From Eledone cirrhosa (Eukaryota), in assembly GCA_964016885.1 (NCBI GenBank), contig OZ024740.1, positions 433,504,001-433,568,000 on the forward strand: a DNA stretch of 64,000 nucleotides, in the 5' to 3' direction. The notes beneath the pieces are model-generated. The model had not been told where the DNA came from and did not search any database. It saw only the letters and a program-made list of their open reading frames with translations. Positions 10,151 through 22,622 of the stretch are shown piece after piece. The stretch's first letter is position 1. Every line of letters begins with the position of its first letter. The translations under genes were made by a program, and so were the position numbers.

Positions 10151-13100
10151 TTCATCTGTTTGGGGTGAAAGACCTAGTTTCTCTCATCTGTTAGGGGTGA
10201 AAGACCTAGTTTCTTTCATCTGTTTGGGATGAAAGACCTAGTTTCTTTCATCTGTTTGGGGTGAAAGACCTAGTTTCTTTCATCTGTTTGGGGTGAAAGA
10301 CCTAGTTTCTTTCATCTGTTTGGGGTGAAAGACCTAGTTTCTTTCATCTGTTTGGGATGAAAGACCTAGTTTCTTTCATCTGGTTGGGATGAAAGACCTA
10401 GTTTCTCTCATCTGTTTGGGGTGAAAGACCTAGTTTGTCTCATCTGTTTGGGGTGAAAGACCTAGTTTCTTTCATCTGTTTGGGATGAAAGACCTAGTTT
10501 CTTTCATCTGTTTGGGATGAAAGAACTAGTTTCTTTCATCTGTTTGGGATGAAAGACCTAGTTTCTTTCATCTGTTTGGGGTGAAAGACCTATTTTCTCT
10601 CATCTGTTTGGGATGAAAGACCTAGTTTCTCTCATCTGTTAGGGGTGAAAGACCTAGTTTCTTTCATCTGTTTGGGGTGAAACACCTAGTTTATCTCATC
10701 CGTTTGGGGTGAAAGACCTAGTTTCTCCTATCTGTTTGGGGTGAAAGACCTAGTTTCTCTCATCTGTTTGGGATGAAAGTCTTAGTTTCTTTCATCTGTT
10801 TGGGGTGAAAGACCTAGTTTCTTTCATCTGTTTGAGGTGAAAGACCTAGTTCCATCTGTTTGAAGTGAAAGACCTAGTTTCTCTCATCTGTTTGGAGTGA
10901 AAGACCTAGTTTCACTCATCTGTTTGAGGTGAAAGACATAGTTTCTCTCATCTGTTTGGAGTGAAAGACCTAGTTTATCTCATCTGTTTGGGGTGAAAGA
11001 CCTAGTTTCTCTCATCTGTTTGACGTGAAAGACCTAGTTTCACTCATCTGTTTGGGATGAAAGACCTAGTTTCTTTAATCTGTTTTGGGTGAAAGACCTA
11101 GTTTGTCTCATCTGTTTGGGGTGAAAGACCTAGTTTGAGTCATCTGTTTGGGGTGAAAGACCTAGTTTCTGTCATCTGTTTGGGGTGAAAGACCAAGTTT
11201 CTGTAATCTGTTTGGGCTGAAAGACCTAGTTTCTGTCATCTTTTTGGGATGAAAGACCTAGTTTCTCTCATCTGTTTGGTATGAACATCCTAGTTTCTCT
11301 CATCTGTTTGGGATGAAAGACTTAGTTTCTCTCATTTGTTTGGGATGAAAGACCTAGTTTCTTTCATCTGGTTGGGGTTAAAGACCTAGTTTCTCCTATC
11401 TGTTTGGGGTGAAAGACCTAGTTTCTCTCATCTGTTTGAGGTGAAAGACCTAGTTTCTTTCATCTGTTTGGGGTGAAAGACCTAGTTTCTCTCATCTCTT
11501 TGGGGTGAAAGACCTAGTTTCTTTTATCTGTTTGGGGTTAAAGACCTAGTTTGTCTCATCTGTTTGGGGTGAAAGACCTAGTTTTTCTCATCTCTTTGGG
11601 GTGAAAGACCTAGTTTCTCTCCTCTGTTTGGGGTGAAAGACCTAGTTTCTCTCATCTGTTTGGGTTAAATGACCTAGTTTCTCTCATCTGTTTGGGGTGA
11701 AAGACCTAGTTTCTCTCATCTGTTTGAGGTGAAAGACATAGTTTCTCTCATCTGTTTGGGGTGAAAGACCTAGTTTCTTTCATCTGTTTGGGGTGAAAGA
11801 CCTAGTTTCTCTCATCTCTTTGGGGTGAAAGACCTAGTTTCTCTCATCTGTTTGGGATGAAAGACCTAGTTTCTCTCATCTGTCTGGGGTAAAAGACCTA
11901 GTTTCTCTCATCTGTTTGGGGTAAAAGTCCTAGTTTCAATCATCTGTTTGGGATGAAAGACCTAGTTTCTTTCATCTGTTTGAGATGAAAGACCTAGTTC
12001 CATCTGTTTGAAGTGAAAGACCTGGTTTCTCTCATCTGTTTGGAGTGAAAAACCTAGTTTCACTCATCTGATTGAGGTGAAAGACTTAGTTTCTCTCATC
12101 TGTTTGGGGTGAAAGACGTAGTTTCTCTCATCTGTTTGGGGTGAAAGACCTAGTTTCTGTCATCTGTTTGAGGTGAAAGGCCTAGTTTCTGTCATCTGTT
12201 TGAGGTGAAAGACGTAGTTTCTCTCATCTGTTTGGAGTGAAAGACCTAGTTTCACTCATCTGTTTGGAGTGTAAGACCTAGTTTCACTCATCTGTTTGGA
12301 GTATAAGACCTAGTTTCACTCATCTGTTTGAGGTGAAAGACTTAGTTTCTCTCATCTGTTTGGGGTGAAAGACGTAGTTTCTCTCATCTGTTTGGGGTGA
12401 AAGACCTAGATTCTGTCATCTGTTTGAGGTGAAAGGCCTAGTTTCTTTCATCTGTTTGGGGTGAAAGACCTAGTTTCTTTCATCTGTTTGGGGTGAAAGA
12501 CCTAGTTTCTTTCATCTGTTTGGGGTGAAAGACCTAGTTTCTTTCATCTGTTTGGGGTGAAAGACCTAGTTTCTCTCATCTGTTAGGGGTGAAAGACCTA
12601 GTTTCTTTCATCTGTTTGGGATGAAAGACCTAGTTTCTTTCATCTGTTTGGGGTGAAAGACCTAGTTTCTTTCATCTGTTTGGGGTGAAAGACCTAGTTT
12701 CTTTCATCTGTTTGGGGTGAAAGACCTAGTTTCTTTCATCTGTTTGGGATGAAAGACCTAGTTTCTTTCATCTGGTTGGGATGAAAGACCTAGTTTCTCT
12801 CATCTGTTTGGGGTGAAAGACCTAGTTTGTCTCATCTGTTTGGGGTGAAAGACCTAGTTTCTTTCATCTGTTTGGGATGAAAGACCTAGTTTCTTTCATC
12901 TGTTGGGGATGAAAGAACTAGTTTCTTTCATCTGTTTGGGATGAAAGACCTAGTTTCTTTCATCTGTTTGGGGTGAAAGACCTATTTTCTCTCATCTGTT
13001 TGGGATGAAAGACCTAGTTTCTCTCATCTGTTAGGGGTGAAAGACCTAGTTTCTTTCATCTGTTTGGGGTGAAACACCTAGTTTATCTCATCCGTTTGGG

Positions 13101-13439
13101 GTGAAAGACCTAGTTTCTCCTATCTGTTTGGGGTGAAAGACCTAGTTTCTCTCATCTGTTTGGGGTGAAAGACCTAGTTTCTCTCATCTGTTTGGGGTGA
13201 AAGACCTAGTTTCTCTCATCTGTTTGGGATGAAAGTCTTAGTTTCTTTCATCTGTTTGGGGTGAAAGACCTAGTTTCTTTCATCTGTTTGAGGTGAAAGA
13301 CCTAGTTCCATCTGTTTGAAGTGAAAGACCTAGTTTCTCTCATCTGTTTGGAGTGAAAGACCTAGTTTCACTCATCTGTTTGAGGTGAAAGACGTAGTTT
13401 CTCTCATCTGTTTGGAGTGAAAGACCTAGTTTCACTCAT

Positions 13440-16400
13440 CTGTTTGGAGTGTAAGACCTAGTTTCACTCATCTGTTTGGGGTGAAAGACCTAGTTTCTCT
13501 CATCTGTTTGGGGTGAAAGACCTAGTTTCTGTCATCTGTTTGGGGTGAAAGGCCTAGTTTCTTTCATCTGTTTAGGGTGAAAGAACTAGTTTCTGTCATC
13601 TGTTTGGGGTCAAAGTCCTAGTTTCTGTCATCTTTTTGGAGTGAAAGACCTAGTTTCTCTCATCTGTTTGGGATGAAAGACCTAGTTTCTCTCATCTGTT
13701 TGACGTGAAAGACCTAGTTTCACTCATCTGTTTGGGATGAAAGACCTAGTTTCTTTAATCTGTTTTGGGTGAAAGACCTAGTTTGTCTCATCTGTTTGGG
13801 GTGAAAGACCTAGTTTGAGTCATCTGTTTGGGGTGAAAGACCTAGTTTCTGTCATCTGTTTGGGGTGAAAGACCAAGTTTCTCTCATCTGTTTGGGATGA
13901 AAGACGTAGTTTCTTTCATCTGTTTGGGATGAAAGACCTAGTTTCTGTCATTCGTTTGGCGTGAAATACCTAGTTTCTCTCATCTGTCTGAGGTGAAAGA
14001 CCTAGTTTGTCTCATCTGTTTGGGGTGAAAGACCTAGTTTCTGTAATCTGTTTGGGCTGAAAGACCTAGTTTCTGTCATCTTTTTGGGGTGAAAGACCTA
14101 GTTTCTCTCATCTGTTTGGTATGAACATCCTAGTTTCTCTCATCTGTTTGGGATGAAAGACTTAGTTTCTCTCATTTGTTTGGGATGAAAGACCTAGTTT
14201 CTTTCATCTGGTTGGGGTTAAAGACCTAGTTTCTCCTATCTGTTTGGGGTGAAAGACCTAGTTTCTCTCATCTGTTTGAGGTGAAAGACCTAGTTTCTTT
14301 CATCTGTTTGGGGTGAAAGACCTAGTTTCTCTCATCTCTTTGGGGTGAAAGACCTAGTTTCTTTTATCTGTTTGGGGTTAAAGACCTAGTTTGTCTCATC
14401 TGTTTGGGGTGAAAGACCTAGTTTTTCTCATCTCTTTGGGGTGAAAGACCTAGTTTCTCTCCTCTGTTTGGGGTGAAAGACCTAGTTTCTCTCATCTGTT
14501 TGGGTTAAATGACCTAGTTTCTCTCATCTGTTTGGGGTGAAAGACCTAGTTTCTCTCATCTGTTTGGGGTGAAAGACCTAGTTTCTCTCATCTGTTTGAG
14601 GTGAAAGACATAGTTTCTCTCATCTGTTTGGGGTGAAAGACCTAGTTTCTTTCATCTGTTTGGGGTGAAAGACCTAGTTTCTCTCATCTCTTTGGGGTGA
14701 AAGACCTAGTTTCTCTCATCTGTTTGGGATGAAAGACCTAGTTTCTCTCATCTGTCTGGGGTAAAAGACCTAGTTTCTCTCATCTGTTTGGGGTAAAAGT
14801 CCTAGTTTCAATCATCTGTTTGGGATGAAAGACCTTGTTTCTCTCGTCAGTTTGGGGTGAAAGATCTAGTTTCTCTCATTTGTTTGAGGTAAAGACCTAG
14901 TTTCTCTCATCTGTTTGGGGTGAAAGACCTAGTTTGTCTCATCTGTTTGGGGTAAAAGACCTAGTTTATCTCTTCTGTTTGGGGTGAAAGACCTAGTTTC
15001 TTTCATCTGTTTGGGATGAAAGACTTAGTTTCTCTCATCTGTTTGGGATGAAAACCTAGTTTCTTTCATCTGTTTGAGGTGAAAGACCTAGTTTCTCTCA
15101 TCTGTTTGGGGTGAAAGACCTAGTTTCTCTCATCTGTTTGGGGTGAAAGACCTACTTTCTCACATCTGTTCGGGGTGAAACACCTAGTTTCTCTCATCTG
15201 TTTCAGGTGAAAGACCTAGTTTCTCTCATCTGTGTGGGGTGAAAGACCTAGTTTCTCTCATCTGTTTGGGGTGAAAGACCTAGTTTCTCTCATCTGTTTG
15301 GGATGAAAGACCTAGTTTCTTCCATCTGTTTGGGGTGAAAGACGTAGTTTCTCTCATCTGTTTGGGATGAGAGACCTAGTTTCTGTCATGTTTGAGGTGA
15401 AAGACCTAGTTTCATCTGTTTGAGGTGAAAGACCTAGTTTCTCTCATCTGTTTGGGGTGAAAGACCTAGTTTGTCTCATCTGTTTGGGGTGAAAGAACTA
15501 GTTTGTCTCATCTGTTTGGGGTGAAACACCTAGTTTATCTCATCCGTTTGGGGTGAAAGACCTAGTTTCTCCTATCTGTTTGGGGTGAAAGACCTAGTTT
15601 CTCTCATCTGTTTGGGGTGAAAGACCTAGTTTCTCTCATCTGTTTGGGGTGAAAGACCTAGTTTCTCTCATCTGTTTGGAGTGAAAGACCTAGTTTCACT
15701 CATCTGATTGAGGTGAAAGACTTAGTTTCTCTCATCTGTTTGGGGTGAAAGACGTAGTTTCTCTCATCTGTTTGGGGTGAAAGACCTAGTTTCTGTCATC
15801 TGTTTGAGGTGAAAGGCCTAGTTTCTTTCATCTGTTTGAGGTGAAAGACGTAGTTTCTCTCATCTGTTTGGAGTGAAAGACCTAGTTTCACTCATCTGTT
15901 TGGAGTGTAAGACCTAGTTTCACTCATCTGTTTGGGATGAAAGACCTAGTTTCTTTCATCTGGTTGGGATGAAAGACCTAGTTTCTCTCATCTGTTTGGG
16001 GTGAATGACCTAGTTTCTTTCATCTGTTTGGGGTGAAAGACCTAGTTTCTTTCATCTGTTTGGGGTGAAAGACCTAGTTTCTTTCATCTGTTTGGGATGA
16101 AAGACCTATTTTCTCTCATCTGTTTGGGATGAAAGACCTAGTTTCTCTCATCTGTTAGGGGTGAAAGACCTAGTTTCTTTCATCTGTTTGGGGTGAAACA
16201 CCTAGTTTATCTCATCCGTTTGGGGTGAAAGACCTAGTTTCTCCTATCTGTTTGGGGTGAAAGACCTAGTTTCTCTCATCTGTTTGGGGTGAAAGACCTA
16301 GTTTCTCTCATCTGTTTGGGATGAAAGTCCTAGTTTCTTTCATCTGTTTGGGGTGAAAGACCTAGTTTCTTTCATCTGTTTGAGGTGAAAGACCTAGTTC

Positions 16401-19400
16401 CATCTGTTTGAAGTGAAAGACCTAGTTTCTCTCATCTGTTTGGAGTGAAAGACCTAGTTTCACTCATCTAATTGAGGTGAAAGACTTAGTTTCTCTCATC
16501 TGTTTGGGGTGAAAGACGTAGTTTCTCTCATCTGTTTGGGGTGAAAGACCTAGTTTCTGTCATCTGTTTGAGGTGAAATGCCTAGTTTCTTTCATCTGTT
16601 TGAGGTGAAAGACGTAGTTTCTCTCATCTGTTTGGAGTGAAAGACGTAGTTTCACTCATCTGTTTGGAGTGTAAGACCTAGTTTCACTCATCTGTTTGAG
16701 GTGAAAGACTTAGTTTCTCTCATCTGTTTGGGGTGAAAGACGTAGTTTCTCTCATCTGTTTGGGGTGAAAGACCTAGATTCTGTCATCTGTTTGAGGTGA
16801 AAGGCCTAGTTTCTTTCATCTGTTTGGGGTGAAAGACCTAGTTTCTTTCATCTGTTTGGGGTGAAAGACCTAGTTTCTTTCATCTGTTTGGGGTGAAAGA
16901 CCTAGTTTCTCTCATCTGTTAGGGGTGAAAGACCTAGTTTCTTTCATCTGTTTGGGATGAAAGACCTAGTTTCTTTCATCTGTTTGGGGTGAAAGACCTA
17001 GTTTCTTTCATCTGTTTGGGGTGAAAGACCTAGTTTCTTTCATCTGTTTGGGGTGAAAGACCTAGTTTCTTTCATCTGTTTGGGATGAAAGACCTAGTTT
17101 CTTTCATCTGGTTGGGATGAAAGACCTAGTTTCTCTCATCTGTTTGGGGTGAAAGACCTAGTTTGTCTCATCTGTTTGGGGTGAAAGACCTAGTTTATCT
17201 CATCTGTTTGGGGTGAAAGACCTAGTTTCTCCTATCTGTTTGGGGTGAAAGACCTAGTTTCTTTCATCTGTTTGGGATGAAAGACTTAGTTTCTCTCATC
17301 TGTTTGGGATGAAAGACCTAGTTTCTTTCATCTGTTTGAGGTGAAAGACCTAGTTTCTCTCATCTGTTTGGGGTGAAAGACCTAGTTTCTCTCATCTGTT
17401 TGGAGTGTAAGACCTAGTTTCACTCATCTGTTTGGGGTGAAAGACCTAGTTTCTCTCATCTGTTTGGGGTGAAAGACCTAGTTTCTGTCATCTGTTTGGG
17501 GTGAAAGGCCTAGTTTCTTTCATCTGTTTAGGGTGAAAGAACTAGTTTCTGTCATCTGTTTGGGGTCAAAGTCCTAGTTTCTGTCATCTTTTTGGAGTGA
17601 AAGACCTAGTTTCTCTCATCTGTTTGGGATGAAAGACCTAGTTTCTCTCATCTGTTTGACGTGAAAGACCTAGTTTCACTCATCTGTTTGGGATGAAAGA
17701 CCTAGTTTCTTTAATCTGTTTTGGGTGAAAGACCTAGTTTGTCTCATCTGTTTGGGGTGAAAGACCTAGTTTGAGTCATCTGTTTGGGGTGAAAGACCTA
17801 GTTTCTGTCATCTGTTTGGGGTGAAAGACCAAGTTTCTCTCATCTGTTTGGGATGAAAGACGTAGTTTCTTTCATCTGTTTGGGATGAAAGACCTAGTTT
17901 CTGTCATTCGTTTGGCGTGAAATACCTAGTTTCTCTCATCTGTCTGAGGTGAAAGACCTAGTTTGTCTCATCTGTTTGGGGTGAAAGACCTAGTTTCTGT
18001 AATCTGTTTGGGCTGAAAGACCTAGTTTCTGTCATCTTTTTGGGGTGAAAGACCTAGTTTCTCTCATCTGTTTGGTATGAACATCCTAGTTTCTCTCATC
18101 TGTTTGGGATGAAAGACTTAGTTTCTCTCATTTGTTTGGGATGAAAGACCTAGTTTCTTTCATCTGGTTGGGGTTAAAGACCTAGTTTCTCCTATCTGTT
18201 TGGGGTGAAAGACCTAGTTTCTCTCATCTGTTTGAGGTGAAAGACCTAGTTTCTTTCATCTGTTTGGGGTGAAAGACCTAGTTTCTCTCATCTCTTTGGG
18301 GTGAAAGACCTAGTTTCTTTTATCTGTTTGGGGTTAAAGACCTAGTTTGTCTCATCTGTTTGGGGTGAAAGACCTAGTTTTTCTCATCTCTTTGGGGTGA
18401 AAGACCTAGTTTCTCTCCTCTGTTTGGGGTGAAAGACCTAGTTTCTCTCATCTGTTTGGGTTAAATGACCTAGTTTCTCTCATCTGTTTGGGGTGAAAGA
18501 CCTAGTTTCTCTCATCTGTTTGGGGTGAAAGACCTAGTTTCTCTCATCTGTTTGAGGTGAAAGACATAGTTTCTCTCATCTGTTTGGGGTGAAAGACCTA
18601 GTTTCTTTCATCTGTTTGGGGTGAAAGACCTAGTTTCTCTCATCTCTTTGGGGTGAAAGACCTAGTTTCTCTCATCTGTTTGGGATGAAAGACCTAGTTT
18701 CTCTCATCTGTCTGGGGTAAAAGACCTAGTTTCTCTCATCTGTTTGGGGTAAAAGTCCTAGTTTCAATCATCTGTTTGGGATGAAAGACCTTGTTTCTCT
18801 CGTCAGTTTGGGGTGAAAGATCTAGTTTCTCTCATTTGTTTGAGGTAAAGACCTAGTTTCTCTCATCTGTTTGGGGTGAAAGACCTAGTTTGTCTCATCT
18901 GTTTGGGGTAAAAGACCTAGTTTATCTCTTCTGTTTGGGGTGAAAGACCTAGTTTCTTTCATCTGTTTGGGATGAAAGACTTAGTTTCTCTCATCTGTTT
19001 GGGATGAAAGACCTAGTTTCTTTCATCTGTTTGAGGTGAAAGACCTAGTTTCTCTCATCTGTTTGGGGTGAAAGACCTAGTTTCTCTCATCTGTTTGGGG
19101 TGAAAGACCTACTTTCTCACATCTGTTCGGGGTGAAAGACCTAGTTTCTCTCATCTGTTTCAGGTGAAAGACCTAGTTTCTCTCATCTGTGTGGGGTGAA
19201 AGACCTAGTTTCTCTCATCTGTTTGGGGTGAAAGACCTAGTTTCTCTCATCTGTTTGGGATGAAAGACCTAGTTTCTTCCATCTGTTTGGGGTGAAAGAC
19301 GTAGTTTCTCTCATCTGTTTGGGATGAGAGACCTAGTTTCTGTCATGTTTGAGGTGAAAGACCTAGTTTCTCTCATCTGTTTGGGGTGAAAGACCTAGTT

Positions 19401-21332
19401 TGTCTCATCTGTTTGGGGTGAAAGAACTAGTTTGTCTCATCTGTTTGGGGTGAAACACCTAGTTTATCTCATCCGTTTGGGGTGAAAGACCTAGTTTCTC
19501 CTATCTGTTTGGGGTGAAAGACCTAGTTTCTCTCATCTGTTTGGGGTGAAAGACCTAGTTTCTCTCATCTGTTTGGGGTGAAAGACCTAGTTTCTCTCAT
19601 CTGTTTGGAGTGAAAGACCTAGTTTCACTCATCTGATTGAGGTGAAAGACTTAGTTTCTCTCATCTGTTTGGGGTGAAAGACGTAGTTTCTCTCATCTGT
19701 TTGGGGTGAAAGACCTAGTTTCTGTCATCTGTTTGAGGTGAAAGGCCTAGTTTCTTTCATCTGTTTGAGGTGAAAGACGTAGTTTCTCTCATCTGTTTGG
19801 AGTGAAAGACCTAGTTTCACTCATCTGTTTGGAGTGTAAGACCTAGTTTCACTCATCTGTTTGGGATGAAAGACCTAGTTTCTTTCATCTGGTTGGGATG
19901 AAAGACCTAGTTTCTCTCATCTGTTTGGGGTGAATGACCTAGTTTCTTTCATCTGTTTGGGGTGAAAGACCTAGTTTCTTTCATCTGTTTGGGGTGAAAG
20001 ACCTAGTTTCTTTCATCTGTTTGGGATGAAAGACCTATTTTCTCTCATCTGTTTGGGATGAAAGACCTAGTTTCTCTCATCTGTTAGGGGTGAAAGACCT
20101 AGTTTCTTTCATCTGTTTGGGGTGAAACACCTAGTTTATCTCATCCGTTTGGGGTGAAAGACCTAGTTTCTCCTATCTGTTTGGGGTGAAAGACCTAGTT
20201 TCTCTCATCTGTTTGGGGTGAAAGACCTAGTTTCTCTCATCTGTTTGGGATGAAAGTCCTAGTTTCTTTCATCTGTTTGGGGTGAAAGACCTAGTTTCTT
20301 TCATCTGTTTGAGGTGAAAGACCTAGTTCCATCTGTTTGAAGTGAAAGACCTAGTTTCTCTCATCTGTTTGGAGTGAAAGACCTAGTTTCACTCATCTAA
20401 TTGAGGTGAAAGACTTAGTTTCTCTCATCTGTTTGGGGTGAAAGACGTAGTTTCTCTCATCTGTTTGGGGTGAAAGACCTAGTTTCTGTCATCTGTTTGA
20501 GGTGAAATGCCTAGTTTCTTTCATCTGTTTGAGGTGAAAGACGTAGTTTCTCTCATCTGTTTGGAGTGAAAGACGTAGTTTCACTCATCTGTTTGGAGTG
20601 TAAGACCTAGTTTCACTCATCTGTTTGAGGTGAAAGACTTAGTTTCTCTCATCTGTTTGGGGTGAAAGACGTAGTTTCTCTCATCTGTTTGGGGTGAAAG
20701 ACCTAGATTCTGTCATCTGTTTGAGGTGAAAGGCCTAGTTTCTTTCATCTGTTTGGGGTGAAAGACCTAGTTTCTTTCATCTGTTTGGGGTGAAAGACCT
20801 AGTTTCTTTCATCTGTTTGGGGTGAAAGACCTAGTTTCTCTCATCTGTTAGGGGTGAAAGACCTAGTTTCTTTCATCTGTTTGGGATGAAAGACCTAGTT
20901 TCTTTCATCTGTTTGGGGTGAAAGACCTAGTTTCTTTCATCTGTTTGGGGTGAAAGACCTAGTTTCTTTCATCTGTTTGGGGTGAAAGACCTAGTTTCTT
21001 TCATCTGTTTGGGATGAAAGACCTAGTTTCTTTCATCTGGTTGGGATGAAAGACCTAGTTTCTCTCATCTGTTTGGGGTGAAAGACCTAGTTTGTCTCAT
21101 CTGTTTGGGGTGAAAGACCTAGTTTATCTCATCTGTTTGGGGTGAAAGACCTAGTTTCTCCTATCTGTTTGGGGTGAAAGACCTAGTTTCTTTCATCTGT
21201 TTGGGATGAAAGACTTAGTTTCTCTCATCTGTTTGGGATGAAAGACCTAGTTTCTTTCATCTGTTTGAGGTGAAAGACCTAGTTTCTCTCATCTGTTTGG
21301 GGTGAAAGACCTAGTTTCTCTCATCTGTTTGG
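13440..21332. repeat. Tandem duplication within the satellite, period about 3,956 to 3,929 bp (about 124 monomers)
   Basis: GTATGAACATCC 14119/18075 and CGTCAG 14845/18801 (offset 3956); ACTCATCTAATTG 16462/20391 (offset 3929, after a 1-bp indel and loss of one 28-mer). Confidence 0.9.
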
Positions 21333-22622
21333 GGTGAAAGACCTACTTTCTCACATCTGTTCGGGGTGAAAGACCTAGTTTCTCTCATCTGTTTCAGGTG
21401 AAAGACCTAGTTTCTCTCATCTGTTTGGGGTGAAAGACCTAGTTTCTCTCATCTGTTTGGGATGAAAGACCTAGTTTCTTCCATCTGTTTGGGGTGAAAG
21501 ACGTAGTTTCTCTCATCTGTTTGGGATGAGAGACCTAGTTTCTGTCATGTTTGAGGTGAAAGACCTAGTTTCATCTGTTTGAGGTGAAAGACCTAGTTTC
21601 TCTCATCTGTTTGGGGTGAAAGACCTAGTTTGTCTCATCTGTTTGGGGTGAAACACCTAGTTTATCTCATCCGTTTGGGGTGAAAGACCTAGTTTCTCCT
21701 ATCTGTTTGGGGTGAAAGACCTAGTTTCTCTCATCTGTTTGGGGTGAAAGACCTAGTTTCTCTCATCTGTTTGGGGTGAAAGACCTAGTTTCTCTCATCT
21801 GTTTGGGATGAAAGTCCTAGTTTCTTTCATCTGTGTGGGGTGAAAGACCTAGTTTCTTTCATCTGTTTGAGGTGAAAGACCTAGTTCCATCTGTTTGAAG
21901 TGAAAGACCTAGTTTCTCTCATCTGTTTGGAGTGAAAGACCTAGTTTCACTCATCTGATTGAGGTGAAAGACTTAGTTTCTCTCATCTGTTTGGGGTGAA
22001 AGACGTAGTTTCTCTCATCTGTTTGGGGTGAAAGACCTAGTTTCTGTCATCTGTTTGAGGTGAAAGGCCTAGTTTCTTTCATCTGTTTGAGGTGAAAGAC
22101 GTAGTTTCTCTCATCTGTTTGGAGTGAAAGACCTAGTTTCACTCATCTGTTTGGAGTGTATGACCTAGTTTCACTCATCTGTTTGAGGTGAAAGACCTAG
22201 ATTCTGTCATCTGTTTGAGGTGAAAGGCCTAGTTTCTTTCATCTGTTTGGGGTGAAAGACCTAGTTTCTTTCATCTGTTTGGGGTGAAAGACCTAGTTTC
22301 TTTCATCTGTTTGGGGTGAAAGACCTAGTTTCTCTCATCTGTTAGGGGTGAAAGACCTAGTTTCTTTCATCTGTTTGGGATGAAAGACCTAGTTTCTTTC
22401 ATCTGTTTGGGGTGAAAGACCTAATTTCTTTCATCTGTTTGGGGTGAAAGACCTAGTTTCTTTCATCTGTTTGGGATGAAAGACCTAGTTTCTTTCATCT
22501 GGTTGGGATGAAAGACCTAGTTTCTCTCATCTGTTTGGGGTGAAAGACCTAGTTTGTCTCATCTGTTTGGGGTGAAAGACCTAGTTTCTTTCATCTGTTT
22601 GGCATGAAAGACCTAGTTTCTT

